DNA of 60,221 nucleotides. Origin: Chitinophaga pinensis. GTDB taxonomy: Bacteria; Bacteroidota; Bacteroidia; Cytophagales; Spirosomataceae. The notes beneath the pieces are model-generated. The model was given only the letters and a program-made list of their open reading frames with translations. It was not told the origin of the DNA and did no database searches. A program made the position numbers and the translations under genes. Each line of letters opens with the position of its first letter. Position 1 is the stretch's first letter. Below, piece after piece: positions 41,450 to 51,687 of the stretch. Location: contig CALRLN020000001.1 in assembly GCA_943368675.1 (NCBI GenBank), forward strand, positions 1 through 60,221, given 5' to 3'.

Positions 41450-42229
41450 ATGAGCAGTCAGATGCCAAAGGATTTTCTGAAATTCATGAAGAATCCTGAT
41501 TTTATCGATGGGATTTACAACTACTGCGATAGTTGGTGCGAACGCTGTGCCTTTACCAATAAGTGTATGAATTTTGCCATGCGGAAATATAAAGAAGATA
41601 TGACTGGAGAGGCAAGCATTGGGGAGAGCCTGACCGAAGTTTTTCAACAAACTACTGATTTGATTAAGCAGATTATTGAAGACAAAGGGATGAACTGGGA
41701 AGAGGTGATTAGTCAGGTAGATACTGAAGCGCCTGTTATAGACCCACACCGGGAAGCCGACAAACATCGCAACGTAAAAACCGCCAAAGAATACACGTAT
41801 CTGTATGCCTCGTTTCTGAAAGAAGAGCAGGGCTTTATGAAAGGCAAAGGGGTGGAGTTTCAGAATGATTTGAATAAAGGTATCATTTCGGTTGAAGAAG
41901 CCGAAGAGGCACTATCGCAGATAGAAGATGCTTTTGAAGTAATTAACTGGTATCAAAGTCTTATCTATATAAAAGTCCGGAATGCCTGCCAGCTTTTTTT
42001 TGAGGTAAATCTGAGTGATTTTATGATAGATTATTATAACGGAAAAGCCAAACTGACGCTCATCAGTATAGACAGAAGCATTGCTGCATGGTTGGTACTG
42101 CAAGTCCATTTTCCAGAAAAAGTCAATAGGATAAGCGAAATCCTGTTTCAACTTGAAAAACTACGCAGACAAATAGAGAAAGATTTCCCTAATGCTCGTA
42201 AATTTGTAAGACCAGGCTTTGATAAGTAA
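41450..42229 (+). CDS. Hypothetical protein with N-terminal Cys cluster
   Basis: YNYCDSWCERCAFTNKC motif. TAAGTTTG promoter at 41404-41411 favours a start at 41426-41486. Confidence 0.75.
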   Translation: MSSQMPKDFLKFMKNPDFIDGIYNYCDSWCERCAFTNKCMNFAMRKYKEDMTGEASIGESLTEVFQQTTDLIKQIIEDKGMNWEEVISQVDTEAPVIDPHREADKHRNVKTAKEYTYLYASFLKEEQGFMKGKGVEFQNDLNKGIISVEEAEEALSQIEDAFEVINWYQSLIYIKVRNACQLFFEVNLSDFMIDYYNGKAKLTLISIDRSIAAWLVLQVHFPEKVNRISEILFQLEKLRRQIEKDFPNARKFVRPGFDK

Positions 42230-42337
42230 AACAGATAGGTAATCTGCCTTATCTACATGGCAGGAATGCCGATGCAATCGGCAAGGGTACTGCTATCAGA
42301 TATTTATTTAAACGCCCTCATATTTTAACCTCATTTC

Positions 42338-43783
42338 ATGCAATACGAAATCGTTATAGGATTAGAAGTACATTGTCAGCTTTCGACTGAAAGTAAAATT
42401 TTTGCATCAGATTCTAATAAATTTGGCAGTGAGCCAAATACCAATATCAGTGTTATTACGTTGGGGCATCCCGGCGTTTTGCCAAAACTGAATAAAAAAG
42501 CGGTAGAGTATGCCATCAGAATGGGGCTGGCCTGTGGCTGTGAAATAACCAGAAATAATTATTTCGACCGCAAGAATTATTTCTATCCCGATCTTCCGAA
42601 AGGTTATCAGGTATCGCAGGATAAATATCCTATTTGCAGAGGTGGAGGTGTAACTGTACGCTTGAAAGATGGCAAACAATTCAAGGAAAAAACACTTGAA
42701 TTACATCATATTCATCTGGAAGAGGATGCAGGAAAATCAGTACATGAGGGAGACAGCGCGTATACCCGTCTGGATTATAACAGAGCTGGCACCCCGCTCA
42801 TCGAAATCGTGTCAGAACCTTGCATGACAAGTGCCGAAGAAGCCGGAGCTTACCTGACTGAGATAAGAAAAATTGTTCGTTATCTGGATATATGCGACGG
42901 AAATATGGAAGAAGGCTCTATGCGGGCCGATTTAAATATTTCTATCCGTCCTACAGGTTCAAAAAAATTAGGAACAAAAGTAGAAGTGAAAAATATGAAC
43001 TCAATCAGGAACCTGCAAAGAGCGGTTGAATTTGAGTTCAGGAGACAGGTACGCATGGTAGAGGCCGGAGAAGAAATTATTCAGGAAACACGTATGTTTG
43101 ACGCAGACACAGGCGAAACGTACGGTATGCGTGTAAAAGAAACCATGAATGACTATCGGTACTTTCCGGAACCTGATTTAGCCCCTATCAGAATTTCTGA
43201 CGAATGGTTGCAGTCTGTTAAGGTCCAGATGCCAGCTTTGCCTCATGAGCTTTTCAGACAGTTTACACAGGAATACGGTATTCTGGAAGAACATGCAGTG
43301 GTGCTCACTGATAGTAAAGATATGGCCGCTTATTTTCTGGAAACGACTCAGTTTATAAAGAACCACAGAGCTATTGCTAACTGGCTTACCTCTACTATCA
43401 AAGGCTATCTGAACGAAAAAAGTATTGAAATCAGCGAGTTGCCTCTGAAACCCGGACAGTTAGCAGAATTAATTACGCTCGTTGATGAAAATAAAATAAG
43501 TAGTTCTACTGCAGCACAAAAGCTTTTTCCGTTGCTGATAGATACCCCTGCTGAAACAGCATTATCGCTGGCAGAAGCGAACAATTTGATTCAGCAAAGC
43601 AATACTGACACCTTGCAGACGTTAGTCAATGAGGTTCTGTCTGCTTATCCTGATAAGGTAAAAGAATTCAGGAATGGGAAAAAGGGCTTGCTTGGCATGT
43701 TTGTTGGAGAAGTAATGAAGAAATCTAAAGGCACTGCTGACCCCAAACTCACTAATCAACTATTGATGGAAGCCTTGAAATAG
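42338..43783 (+). CDS. gatB: Asp/Glu-tRNA amidotransferase subunit B
   Basis: IGLEVHCQL, RKNYFYPDLPKGYQ, HLEEDAGK, NRAGTPLIEIVSEP and DYRYFPEPDL motifs. Confidence 0.98.
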   Translation: MQYEIVIGLEVHCQLSTESKIFASDSNKFGSEPNTNISVITLGHPGVLPKLNKKAVEYAIRMGLACGCEITRNNYFDRKNYFYPDLPKGYQVSQDKYPICRGGGVTVRLKDGKQFKEKTLELHHIHLEEDAGKSVHEGDSAYTRLDYNRAGTPLIEIVSEPCMTSAEEAGAYLTEIRKIVRYLDICDGNMEEGSMRADLNISIRPTGSKKLGTKVEVKNMNSIRNLQRAVEFEFRRQVRMVEAGEEIIQETRMFDADTGETYGMRVKETMNDYRYFPEPDLAPIRISDEWLQSVKVQMPALPHELFRQFTQEYGILEEHAVVLTDSKDMAAYFLETTQFIKNHRAIANWLTSTIKGYLNEKSIEISELPLKPGQLAELITLVDENKISSSTAAQKLFPLLIDTPAETALSLAEANNLIQQSNTDTLQTLVNEVLSAYPDKVKEFRNGKKGLLGMFVGEVMKKSKGTADPKLTNQLLMEALK

Positions 43784-43824
43784 TAAACCCGACTTTATAA
43801 TAGAACATTTGAATTAACAAATAT

Positions 43825-45021
43825 ATGAAACAGTCAATTTTTGCTATATGCTTTCTGGCCTTTGGAATAGCTTGTCAGTCTCAACCACAAAATACAGAGG
43901 CCGAAACAAAAGCAAGCACTACCACGGGCAAAGCGTTTACCATAAAAGGGAAACTTAATAATCAGGTTTCCGGTAAAGTGTATCTTGAAAGAATGAACGA
44001 CAGGAATATTCCTATGAAAATAGATTCCGTAAGTATTGCTGCTGACCAGACTTTCGCTTTCAAGGGCAATATACCTGAGCCCGGTATTTATCAGGTCAAT
44101 ATCGCTAATCAACAGGTTATTGGGTTGATTTTAGATGGTGGTGAGAATCTGAACATAGTGGCAGACGGCGTCAGCACCCCTGATAAAGCCGCCACTTTCA
44201 GTGTTGATGGATCGCCGGCAATGGCTAAATTCAATCAGATAGTAGCCGAGGCTCAGAAGTTCCGCCAGACACAAGTTACATTGCAGGAACAATTTGAAGG
44301 AGCAACAAAGAAAAAAGACACCAAAAAAAGCAAAGAATTACAAGCGCAATATATAGCTGCGGAAGAAGCTTACGGCAATGCTATTAAACCCATCATAGCC
44401 GACCTGGGTACTTCATTAGCCGGTTTGATTGCCATTAATAACTTTCTGAATCCGGAAAAAGATTTTGAGATTTTTGCTAAAACCGCAGCTCAATTAGAAA
44501 AAGAGGGGCAGAATCACTTCTTTGCCAAGCTTTTCAGAGAAGATGTAAAACGCCGAAGCGCAGGCTCAGTGGGTTCGGATGCACCTGATTTCTCTTTAGT
44601 AGATATGGCGGGTAAGCCTGTAAAATTGTCAGAACTAAGAGGGAAAGTGGTTATTCTTGATTTCTGGGCTACCTGGTGTGGGCCTTGCATCATGTCTTTC
44701 CCGGGTATGAAGCAGGCGATGGATAAATATAAAAGCAATCCGAATGTGCAGTTCTTATTTGTGAATACGTTTGAAAGAGTAGACCAAAGCAAATGGAAAG
44801 AAACTGTTACTAGTTTCGTTAATCAGAGGGGTTTCAATACTTTTCCTATCATCTATGATATGGGCGGAGAAGTAGCGTTGAACTACGGTGTAAACGGCAT
44901 TCCAGCTAAATTCTGTATAGATAAAGAAGGGAAAATCAAATTTAAAAGTACCGGCTTTATGGGTTCAAGCGAATTAGTGCTCCAGGAAATGACCAAGTGG
45001 GTAGACGAAGCAGCGAAATAA
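43825..45021 (+). CDS. TlpA/redoxin family thiol-disulfide lipoprotein
   Basis: Lipobox GIAC and thioredoxin motif DFWATWCGPC. Confidence 0.92.
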   Translation: MKQSIFAICFLAFGIACQSQPQNTEAETKASTTTGKAFTIKGKLNNQVSGKVYLERMNDRNIPMKIDSVSIAADQTFAFKGNIPEPGIYQVNIANQQVIGLILDGGENLNIVADGVSTPDKAATFSVDGSPAMAKFNQIVAEAQKFRQTQVTLQEQFEGATKKKDTKKSKELQAQYIAAEEAYGNAIKPIIADLGTSLAGLIAINNFLNPEKDFEIFAKTAAQLEKEGQNHFFAKLFREDVKRRSAGSVGSDAPDFSLVDMAGKPVKLSELRGKVVILDFWATWCGPCIMSFPGMKQAMDKYKSNPNVQFLFVNTFERVDQSKWKETVTSFVNQRGFNTFPIIYDMGGEVALNYGVNGIPAKFCIDKEGKIKFKSTGFMGSSELVLQEMTKWVDEAAK

Positions 45022-45042
45022 TTCTGAGACCCAAATCATATT

Positions 45043-45077
45043 AAAAAAGGGAAGATTTCAGAATCTTCCCTTTTTTT
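45043..45077 (+). terminator. Intrinsic terminator
   Basis: AAAAAAGGGAAGATT/AATCTTCCCTTTTTT stem-loop. Confidence 0.8.
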
Positions 45078-45248
45078 ATGGCTTTCTCGTAAAATACTAA
45101 CTGTTAGAAAATTGTTATCGGGTAAAAATAGTAAAATGTTATATTAAGTTAAAACGCTGCAAGGGTTAAAAAAAATAGCGTATACTTTCACATATTTGTA
45201 AGTCATTTATTAAAGCTAAGAATACCCTATTACCTTAAATTTTTATCT

Positions 45249-45680
45249 ATGAAAAAGTTTCTTTTCTTATTTTTACTCATAATCGCATATAAGAATACGT
45301 TTGGACAGCAAAAAGATATTGACTTATTAACAAAACTTAATCAGGATTGGCTGAATTCATACCTTACAAAGGATACTGTAACCTTGTCCAAAATCTTTGC
45401 AGACGATTTTATTTTGATAAATCCAAAAGGTACCAAAATGACCAAATCGGATATTTTGAGTAATGTGGTCAAACAAGAAACAATATCAGTAAAGATTGAC
45501 AGTAATGAGGTAAGAATGGTCACAAATGAAGTAGCTATTATTACGGCTTACACCACATTTGTCCTAAAAGCAGATGGAAAAGAAATAACAGGCAAAAACT
45601 GCTATCAGGACGTATATATTAAGAGACGAGGTAAGTGGTCAGCGATTTCAGCCCATGTTACCTTGCTTGGCATGAAATAA
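45249..45680 (+). CDS. Secreted NTF2-like protein (DUF4440)
   Basis: Signal peptide, IFADDFILINPKG and DVYIKRRGKW...H motifs. Confidence 0.85.
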   Translation: MKKFLFLFLLIIAYKNTFGQQKDIDLLTKLNQDWLNSYLTKDTVTLSKIFADDFILINPKGTKMTKSDILSNVVKQETISVKIDSNEVRMVTNEVAIITAYTTFVLKADGKEITGKNCYQDVYIKRRGKWSAISAHVTLLGMK

Positions 45681-45690
45681 AATCTTTATT

Positions 45691-45722
45691 AAAAAAAGCC
45701 AGTGAAGAGGCCTTCACTGGCT
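45691..45722 (-). terminator. Intrinsic terminator of the glycogen synthase gene (possibly bidirectional)
   Basis: AGCCAGTGAAG/CTTCACTGGCT stem with an A7 run on the left. Confidence 0.75.
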
Positions 45723-45757
45723 AATAAAACTATAATCTATTTTTAGACGATTCAGGT

Positions 45758-47623
45758 TTATAATCTGGTCACTCCTTTGCGTTTCAATGCAAGGTCATGG
45801 GCAGTATCATAGTATGAACGCAGGTTTGTCCAATCAAATATTTCAGAGATATTTTCTACACGGTTACGTTGCATAATGCGGTCGCGACGATTCATGGTCA
45901 CGAAATTGAATAAAATGTCGGCCAGCTGGTCAGCAGCTTCATCATAGCTTTCGGTTTTACGATTCACTACATACACGCCTACACTGTCATAATCTTTCAT
46001 GAGTTGTATCATAAAATCACCAAAGCCTGATAAATCACTTGTTACAGTAGGTATTCCCCGCACTACACACTCTAAAGGTGTATAACCCCAGGGCTCATAA
46101 TAACTCGGGAAAATACCTAAATGACAACCTCTTACAAACTGGCTGTATTCCATACCAAACAATGGATTGGTTGGCGAAATAAAATCAGGGTGATATACAA
46201 ATTTCACACGGTCCTGCTGATGATTCAGCAGGTTGGTTGCCTTAAGATAATGGGTAATTTCATCTTCCTGTTTCAGCAGGTGTGTAACTGTATGAGGCAA
46301 TTTTTTGGTTTTCCAGGTCTGAATGGTGCGGCGTAACCTTAAGCGCCAGTATTCATCAACAAAATCATTCAGATCAGGTAAATTATGGTTCTCGTTTGCG
46401 GCCGAGGCATGAAACAAATGCTCACCAACCTGTTTCTCAATGGCATCACAGGTTTGTCTTATTTCTTCCATTACTCCTCTTGACTGCAATACCTCAGGGT
46501 CAATAGAATATACAGGATTTTTAGTAATAATAAACATCACTATCGTAGTATCAAGCCCTGCCTGTACAATCTTGAAATTCAGCCTCTTTAAAGCCTCCAG
46601 AGTAAGGTCATAGCCTTTATTTCTGAACTCGTAACGTCCTGAAGTGAAGAAATAAAGCGTATTGTCGAGGTCCCATGAGTAGCTCTGGAAAAAATGCCCC
46701 ATTACAAACTGATGAATTTTCTCTTTGTACTTTAAATGCAGATTCTGGAATTCGTGTGTAGCAGCAAATCGGGTTACATTCAGGCCATTCGGCAATATCA
46801 GGTCGCAGGTACGCCCGAAAAACACTTCACATTCTTTTGCCGTTACATCGCTCACTGTCGTTAATACATGGCTCTTCTGTGCTGCAAGACGCTCAATTTT
46901 AGCCTGTGCTTCTACCCCATAGTGCTGTGCTTCGTATTCCCAGTTGTAGTAAGGTAATTTGTCATAGAAATCAGGTTCATTTCCTGCTATATAGCGCCCA
47001 AGCATGGTAGCATGCGTAGTAAACACGGTCGAAATCGGCACATTATCTGTGCGGATATCTATCAGAGCCGTTGCTACCATCCACTCATGAAAATGCGCAA
47101 TTACATCGTTTTTATGGCCATAGGTTTCGCCAAATTCTGTCAGAAACACCCTTATCATTTCACCCAGCACAATCACCTGATCAACCAGTGTTTCTGCATT
47201 TAGAGTAGAGATCTGATGCCTGGTCCATAAATTATGTTTAAGGTCATTACTTTTATATAACAGGTTTCTGAAGTCCAGTAAAACAATTTTGGGTTTACCT
47301 GTCACAAGCCAGCGGCCATAATGCACTTCATAGCCCATTTCCCGCATTCGCTTCACAATTCTGCCAAAATATGATTCTTCTAAATCTTCAATCGGTTCAA
47401 ATTCCACCATGGCCGTATTCTGAAAATACGGGCCTATCAAACAGTAATTTTCTCCCCACTCCTCAACCATAGAGGGTACTTTTGAACGTATAACCGTGTA
47501 AATTCCCCCAACTTGGTTACATACTTCCCAGGCTATTTCCATTAATAAAGGCTTCTTTTGCTCACGGGGCTGAATACTGACAGTTTCTTCTGATTCTTTT
47601 CTAAGTTTTTTGGACGTTACCAT
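45758..47623 (-). CDS. Glycogen synthase, GT3 (eukaryotic-type) family
   Basis: EIAWEVCNQVGGIYTV, HFHEW, FTTHAT, SGRYEFRNKG and PSYYEPWGYTPLE motifs. Confidence 0.93.
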   Translation of the reverse strand: MVTSKKLRKESEETVSIQPREQKKPLLMEIAWEVCNQVGGIYTVIRSKVPSMVEEWGENYCLIGPYFQNTAMVEFEPIEDLEESYFGRIVKRMREMGYEVHYGRWLVTGKPKIVLLDFRNLLYKSNDLKHNLWTRHQISTLNAETLVDQVIVLGEMIRVFLTEFGETYGHKNDVIAHFHEWMVATALIDIRTDNVPISTVFTTHATMLGRYIAGNEPDFYDKLPYYNWEYEAQHYGVEAQAKIERLAAQKSHVLTTVSDVTAKECEVFFGRTCDLILPNGLNVTRFAATHEFQNLHLKYKEKIHQFVMGHFFQSYSWDLDNTLYFFTSGRYEFRNKGYDLTLEALKRLNFKIVQAGLDTTIVMFIITKNPVYSIDPEVLQSRGVMEEIRQTCDAIEKQVGEHLFHASAANENHNLPDLNDFVDEYWRLRLRRTIQTWKTKKLPHTVTHLLKQEDEITHYLKATNLLNHQQDRVKFVYHPDFISPTNPLFGMEYSQFVRGCHLGIFPSYYEPWGYTPLECVVRGIPTVTSDLSGFGDFMIQLMKDYDSVGVYVVNRKTESYDEAADQLADILFNFVTMNRRDRIMQRNRVENISEIFDWTNLRSYYDTAHDLALKRKGVTRL

Positions 47624-47802
47624 GTGGGTTAATTAATTTAATCTATTCCGAATGAGTGAATTATGTAATAATTTTTAATAATAGCAATAAAAAATTTAAC
47701 TTTTCAAATATTCGTGAACTAAAAGCCTGATAGGGGTGTAGAAAATAAAAACAAAGCTATCATTTTTACCTTTTTGAAAAATCATAAGCTGGGTTATTTT
47801 TT

Positions 47803-48708
47803 ATGACAGACCGCGCAAAGTACTTGATTGGGGCATTTTTGGTTTTTGGGGCTGCTTTTGGTTTTGCTTTAAAAGGTATTTTTATCAAGTCTGCCTATCA
47901 GTACGGAATCGATTCTATCTCGTTGCTATCCTTACGGTTTTTATTTTCTGCGCCTTTTTTTCTGTTCATTATTCTCCGTAAAAGATATACAGAAGAGTCT
48001 CACCCTATATTTGCCAGAAAGCGCTGGCTATATGTGGCTTTAGTTGGTTTTATAGGGTATTATATATCTGCCTACGTTAATTTTCTGGGACTTGAATACA
48101 TTTCTGCCAGCCTGGAGCGAATTCTGCTTTTCATTTATCCTACTTTTGTATTACTCATCAACGCCTTTCTGGTTAAAAGAAAAGTTAGCCAATTGCAATG
48201 GCTTGCTCTTCTGATTACCTATACCGGAATATTCATAGCCTTTACCAAACATCTTGAGGCACATCAGCAAAAAAACATTGCCTTAGGTGCTTTCTTAGTG
48301 ATTCTGAGTGGTTTTACTTACTCATTTTATCTGGTTGGAAGCGACAAGCTAGTCGCTAAAATAGGCACAACACGATTTACTTCATGGGCAATGCTGGCTG
48401 CTTTGATACCAACACTGATTCATGGTTTTTTTTATAATAGACTGGATATTTTTAAATTTCCGCTTGAAGTTTACGTTATTGCTTTATCGATGGCTATTTT
48501 TTCTACTGTTCTGCCGACCTATATGTTCTCTGAGGGAATCAAGCGTGTAGGGTCCGGAAATGCATCAATTATTGCAAGCATAGGCCCTATTTTTACAATT
48601 ATATTAGCGAGTTTATTTTTGCATGAACCCATCTGGCTGGAACAAATTGCAGGCACGATTTTGGTACTGACAGGTGTGTTTATGGTAGGCTGGAAAGGCA
48701 AAAAATAA
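47803..48708 (+). CDS. DMT/EamA family transporter
   Basis: About 10 TM helices, GLEYISASLERILLFIYP motif. Confidence 0.9.
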   Translation: MTDRAKYLIGAFLVFGAAFGFALKGIFIKSAYQYGIDSISLLSLRFLFSAPFFLFIILRKRYTEESHPIFARKRWLYVALVGFIGYYISAYVNFLGLEYISASLERILLFIYPTFVLLINAFLVKRKVSQLQWLALLITYTGIFIAFTKHLEAHQQKNIALGAFLVILSGFTYSFYLVGSDKLVAKIGTTRFTSWAMLAALIPTLIHGFFYNRLDIFKFPLEVYVIALSMAIFSTVLPTYMFSEGIKRVGSGNASIIASIGPIFTIILASLFLHEPIWLEQIAGTILVLTGVFMVGWKGKK

Positions 48709-48794
48709 TATAAATCCATCCACAAAAACACTATTATTTGAGTAAAGCCATATAATAGAGTAAATTTGAAAGATTTTTGATGAACCCCTTATTT

Positions 48795-49712
48795 ATGAGA
48801 TACACATGCTTCCTTTTAGCAGTCTGGTTATTGACTGCCTGCAATAAAAAAGATGCCAATCGACAAGTACAATTTTGTGACAATCCGGCTTTTAAAAAAT
48901 ACTGGTATTCTGAGAATGCTGAAATAAGCAGTTATTATTTACAACAGGCACAATTTGGTAATCTGAATGATGGAGAGGCGATTATGGTCTTTAATACCGA
49001 GGATTTCCGGAAAGACAAGCATGTAAAACTCGAATCTAATGCCAAAGAAAAGGCCGTAAAAGTACTCAAGCTTAATTTTATTAAACGCTTTGTGACAGGC
49101 ATACATGATTTTTCAATGTATACGTCAGTATTTACTCCTGTTCAGACACAAGACATTTCTTCTACCTTAAAAGTATCAAACACCAATCAGGATTGGAGCG
49201 GACAGACTTTCTTACAACTCAACTTCCGTCAGAATGGCTATCAGGTATTAGGTAAATCTTATTTTGAAGAGGAAATCGAGGACGATTATCATATAGATAA
49301 GGCTATTCTTGAAGATGAATTATGGACACGCATCCGCTTAATGCCTTGCAACGAGCTCCCAATCGGAAAGATTATTTTAATACCCAGCCTTGGTTCTTTA
49401 CGTTTAAGACGTGAAAAAGCTGCCCCTGCCATTGCTGATATTACATTGGAACCTTATAAGGGAGATTCTACTTTCAGGGGAGATTCTTTACAGGATTACC
49501 GGGTAAAATATATTGAAAGTAAAAGAAGCCTGAGAATTATATTTGAGAAGACCTTCCCTCATAAAATTGTTGGTTGGGAAGAAAGCTATATTGCTAATAA
49601 TAAGGTGTTAACCTCAAGAGGTATATTAAAAGCTACCATTCAAAATCCTTACTGGCAGAAAAATATGCCTGCTGATACCATTTATAGAAAAAAGTTAAAT
49701 TTGAAGTATTGA
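48795..49712 (+). CDS. Lipoprotein of unknown function
   Basis: Lipobox LLTAC. Start could be 48780. Confidence 0.75.
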   Translation: MRYTCFLLAVWLLTACNKKDANRQVQFCDNPAFKKYWYSENAEISSYYLQQAQFGNLNDGEAIMVFNTEDFRKDKHVKLESNAKEKAVKVLKLNFIKRFVTGIHDFSMYTSVFTPVQTQDISSTLKVSNTNQDWSGQTFLQLNFRQNGYQVLGKSYFEEEIEDDYHIDKAILEDELWTRIRLMPCNELPIGKIILIPSLGSLRLRREKAAPAIADITLEPYKGDSTFRGDSLQDYRVKYIESKRSLRIIFEKTFPHKIVGWEESYIANNKVLTSRGILKATIQNPYWQKNMPADTIYRKKLNLKY

Positions 49713-49786
49713 TTTGATAATTTTGTGCTTTATTTTACGTTCAAGGTTCTGTATTCAGTTCATATCTAAGAACATAAACAATTTTG

Positions 49787-50572
49787 ATGAAAAAGAGCAA
49801 TTTTGTATATTTCATAAGTACTTCCTTTTTACTTGCGTTAACACTTTTCTCCTGCGGAGATAAAGAAACTGAAAAAACTGATAATGTTGCAAAGGGGCCG
49901 AGTATCCATACTCTGATTTTTATTGATAAAACTGCCAGCGTTGATGTGCAGAAGCCATTCGTTGCGCAAAAATATCAACAGGCGCTTACTTCTATTATAG
50001 AGCAGAATTTCAGAAAAGCCGGTGATACCTTTCAGATATACTATATTCATGAAAATACCTCTAAGGCTCGTACCTTATCACTTGTCTGCCGCACTGAAAT
50101 GGAAGATACTGAAGGTGTAAACGCAACTGACCTGGAGGCTATCAAAACGGCTTACGATTTATCTATCCGTAAGGAACGTAACTTCGTGATACAGCAGTCA
50201 TTAAACCGTCTTGGCGCACAAAATGACAATGCCTCTAATCTTGAAACCAATATTACGGCAAGTATTCCAGTCATTGCTAAACTATCTGAGAATCCGGGTA
50301 ATGTAAAAGTTTATTACCTGAGCGATATGGTAGAAAGTGTAAAAAATGGCAGGGATTTTCAGATACGCCCACCAAAAGATGAAGCAGAGGCAGAAGAATG
50401 GGCTAAAACAGATGCTGATAAATTGAAAAATTATCAGCTAAATAGCCCTGAGATTTCAATGATTCTGCCTTTTGAACCTACGAGTTCTTCCAGAGAAAAT
50501 AATCCTACAGTTACGCATTACTGGCAGAAATTGTTTGAAAGCCTGGGGGTGATGAGTGTGACGGAGATGTAG
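49787..50572 (+). CDS. Lipoprotein with vWA-like motifs
   Basis: Lipobox LFSC; LIFIDKTASV and YYLSDM resemble MIDAS segments. Confidence 0.7.
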   Translation: MKKSNFVYFISTSFLLALTLFSCGDKETEKTDNVAKGPSIHTLIFIDKTASVDVQKPFVAQKYQQALTSIIEQNFRKAGDTFQIYYIHENTSKARTLSLVCRTEMEDTEGVNATDLEAIKTAYDLSIRKERNFVIQQSLNRLGAQNDNASNLETNITASIPVIAKLSENPGNVKVYYLSDMVESVKNGRDFQIRPPKDEAEAEEWAKTDADKLKNYQLNSPEISMILPFEPTSSSRENNPTVTHYWQKLFESLGVMSVTEM

Positions 50573-50707
50573 CCTGGCGCGGCCTTCGACTTCGCTCAGG
50601 CGCCGGGCTAGGCGCATTAAATTGGCACTTAATACAGTTTCTGGTATGTCTTTTACATTTCAAAAATCTATCAAATCGGTGCCTGAGCGCAGTCGAAGGC
50701 CCCGATT
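50570..50707. repeat. REP-like inverted pair of GC-rich palindromic units
   Basis: GGCCTTCGACTTCGCTCAGGCGCCG (50581-50605) and the reverse complement of 50677-50701 match at 23 of 25 nt. Confidence 0.75.
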
Positions 50708-50744
50708 GAGAAGGAAAATATAAATACGCTTACAATACAGACGC

Positions 50745-50779
50745 AAAAAAAGTGGTGAATCTTCCGATTCACCACTTTT
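50745..50779 (-). terminator. atpG terminator (probably bidirectional)
   Basis: AAAAGTGGTGAATC/GATTCACCACTTTT stem with an A-run on the left. Confidence 0.8.
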
Positions 50780-50802
50780 CGTTTCATATCTATTCAAAGA
50801 AA

Positions 50803-51687
50803 TTACTCTCCTTTCAAAGCCTCGGCACCACCAACAATCTCAAGGATTTCCTTGGTAATTGCTGCCTGACGGCTACGGTTGTATTCAATCTTCAATGAAC
50901 GAAGTAATTCATTTGCGTTGTCTGTTGCTTTATCCATCGCTGTCATACGGGCACCGTGTTCAGAAGCATTCGATTCTAACACAGCTTTAAACAATTGCAT
51001 TTTGATAGACTTCGGTATTAACTCCAATACAATCTCCTCTTCCGAAGGTTCAAAAATGTAATCAATTTTGCTGGCTTTTGATGTATCTGCTTTCTTATCT
51101 ACCAATGGTAACATCTGGTCAACACGAAGAATCTGCGTAGCAACGTTTTTGAACTCATTGTACACCAATTCAACTACATCATATTTACCCTCTTCAAAAG
51201 CAGTCATGATTGTTTCGGCAGCAGAACGGGCATGAGCAAAATTCAGGTTCTGAAAAATACTCATATAAGTATCGTTCACTTTGAAACTACGGCGTTGTAG
51301 CGCTTCTCCACCTTTCTTTCCTAACGCCATTATCTCTACATTGCCTTTAGCTGCCTGCGCAGGATACTTTTCATTAATGACAGCCAAAGCTGCTTTAATG
51401 ATATTTGCATTGAATGCACCACAAAGACCTCTGTCTGAAGTAACTAATACTACCAATACTTTTTCTACCGGGCGAACAGTCGTATAAGGGCTTGTTGCAC
51501 CTACTTCAGTATTAGCAGATACAGTAGCAATCAGCTCGTTTAGTTTGTTAGCGTAAGGACGCATCTGAAGGATAGCATCCTGGGCTCTTCGTAACTTCGC
51601 AGCAGACACCATTTTCATGGCTTTTGTGATCTGCGTTGTTGAGTTTACTGATACAATTCTATTTCTAACTTCTTTTAATGAAGGCAT
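50803..51687 (-). CDS. atpG: ATP synthase F1 gamma subunit
   Basis: ITKAMKMVSAAKL, TSDRGLCGAFN, SEHGARMTAM and RQAAITKEILEI motifs. Confidence 0.98.
   Translation of the reverse strand: MPSLKEVRNRIVSVNSTTQITKAMKMVSAAKLRRAQDAILQMRPYANKLNELIATVSANTEVGATSPYTTVRPVEKVLVVLVTSDRGLCGAFNANIIKAALAVINEKYPAQAAKGNVEIMALGKKGGEALQRRSFKVNDTYMSIFQNLNFAHARSAAETIMTAFEEGKYDVVELVYNEFKNVATQILRVDQMLPLVDKKADTSKASKIDYIFEPSEEEIVLELIPKSIKMQLFKAVLESNASEHGARMTAMDKATDNANELLRSLKIEYNRSRQAAITKEILEIVGGAEALKGE

Noticed and set aside
41520-41570. Radical SAM call from CxxxCxxC
   Set aside because: No recognisable GGEP-type motif or TIM-barrel pattern; kept only as a generic Cys cluster.
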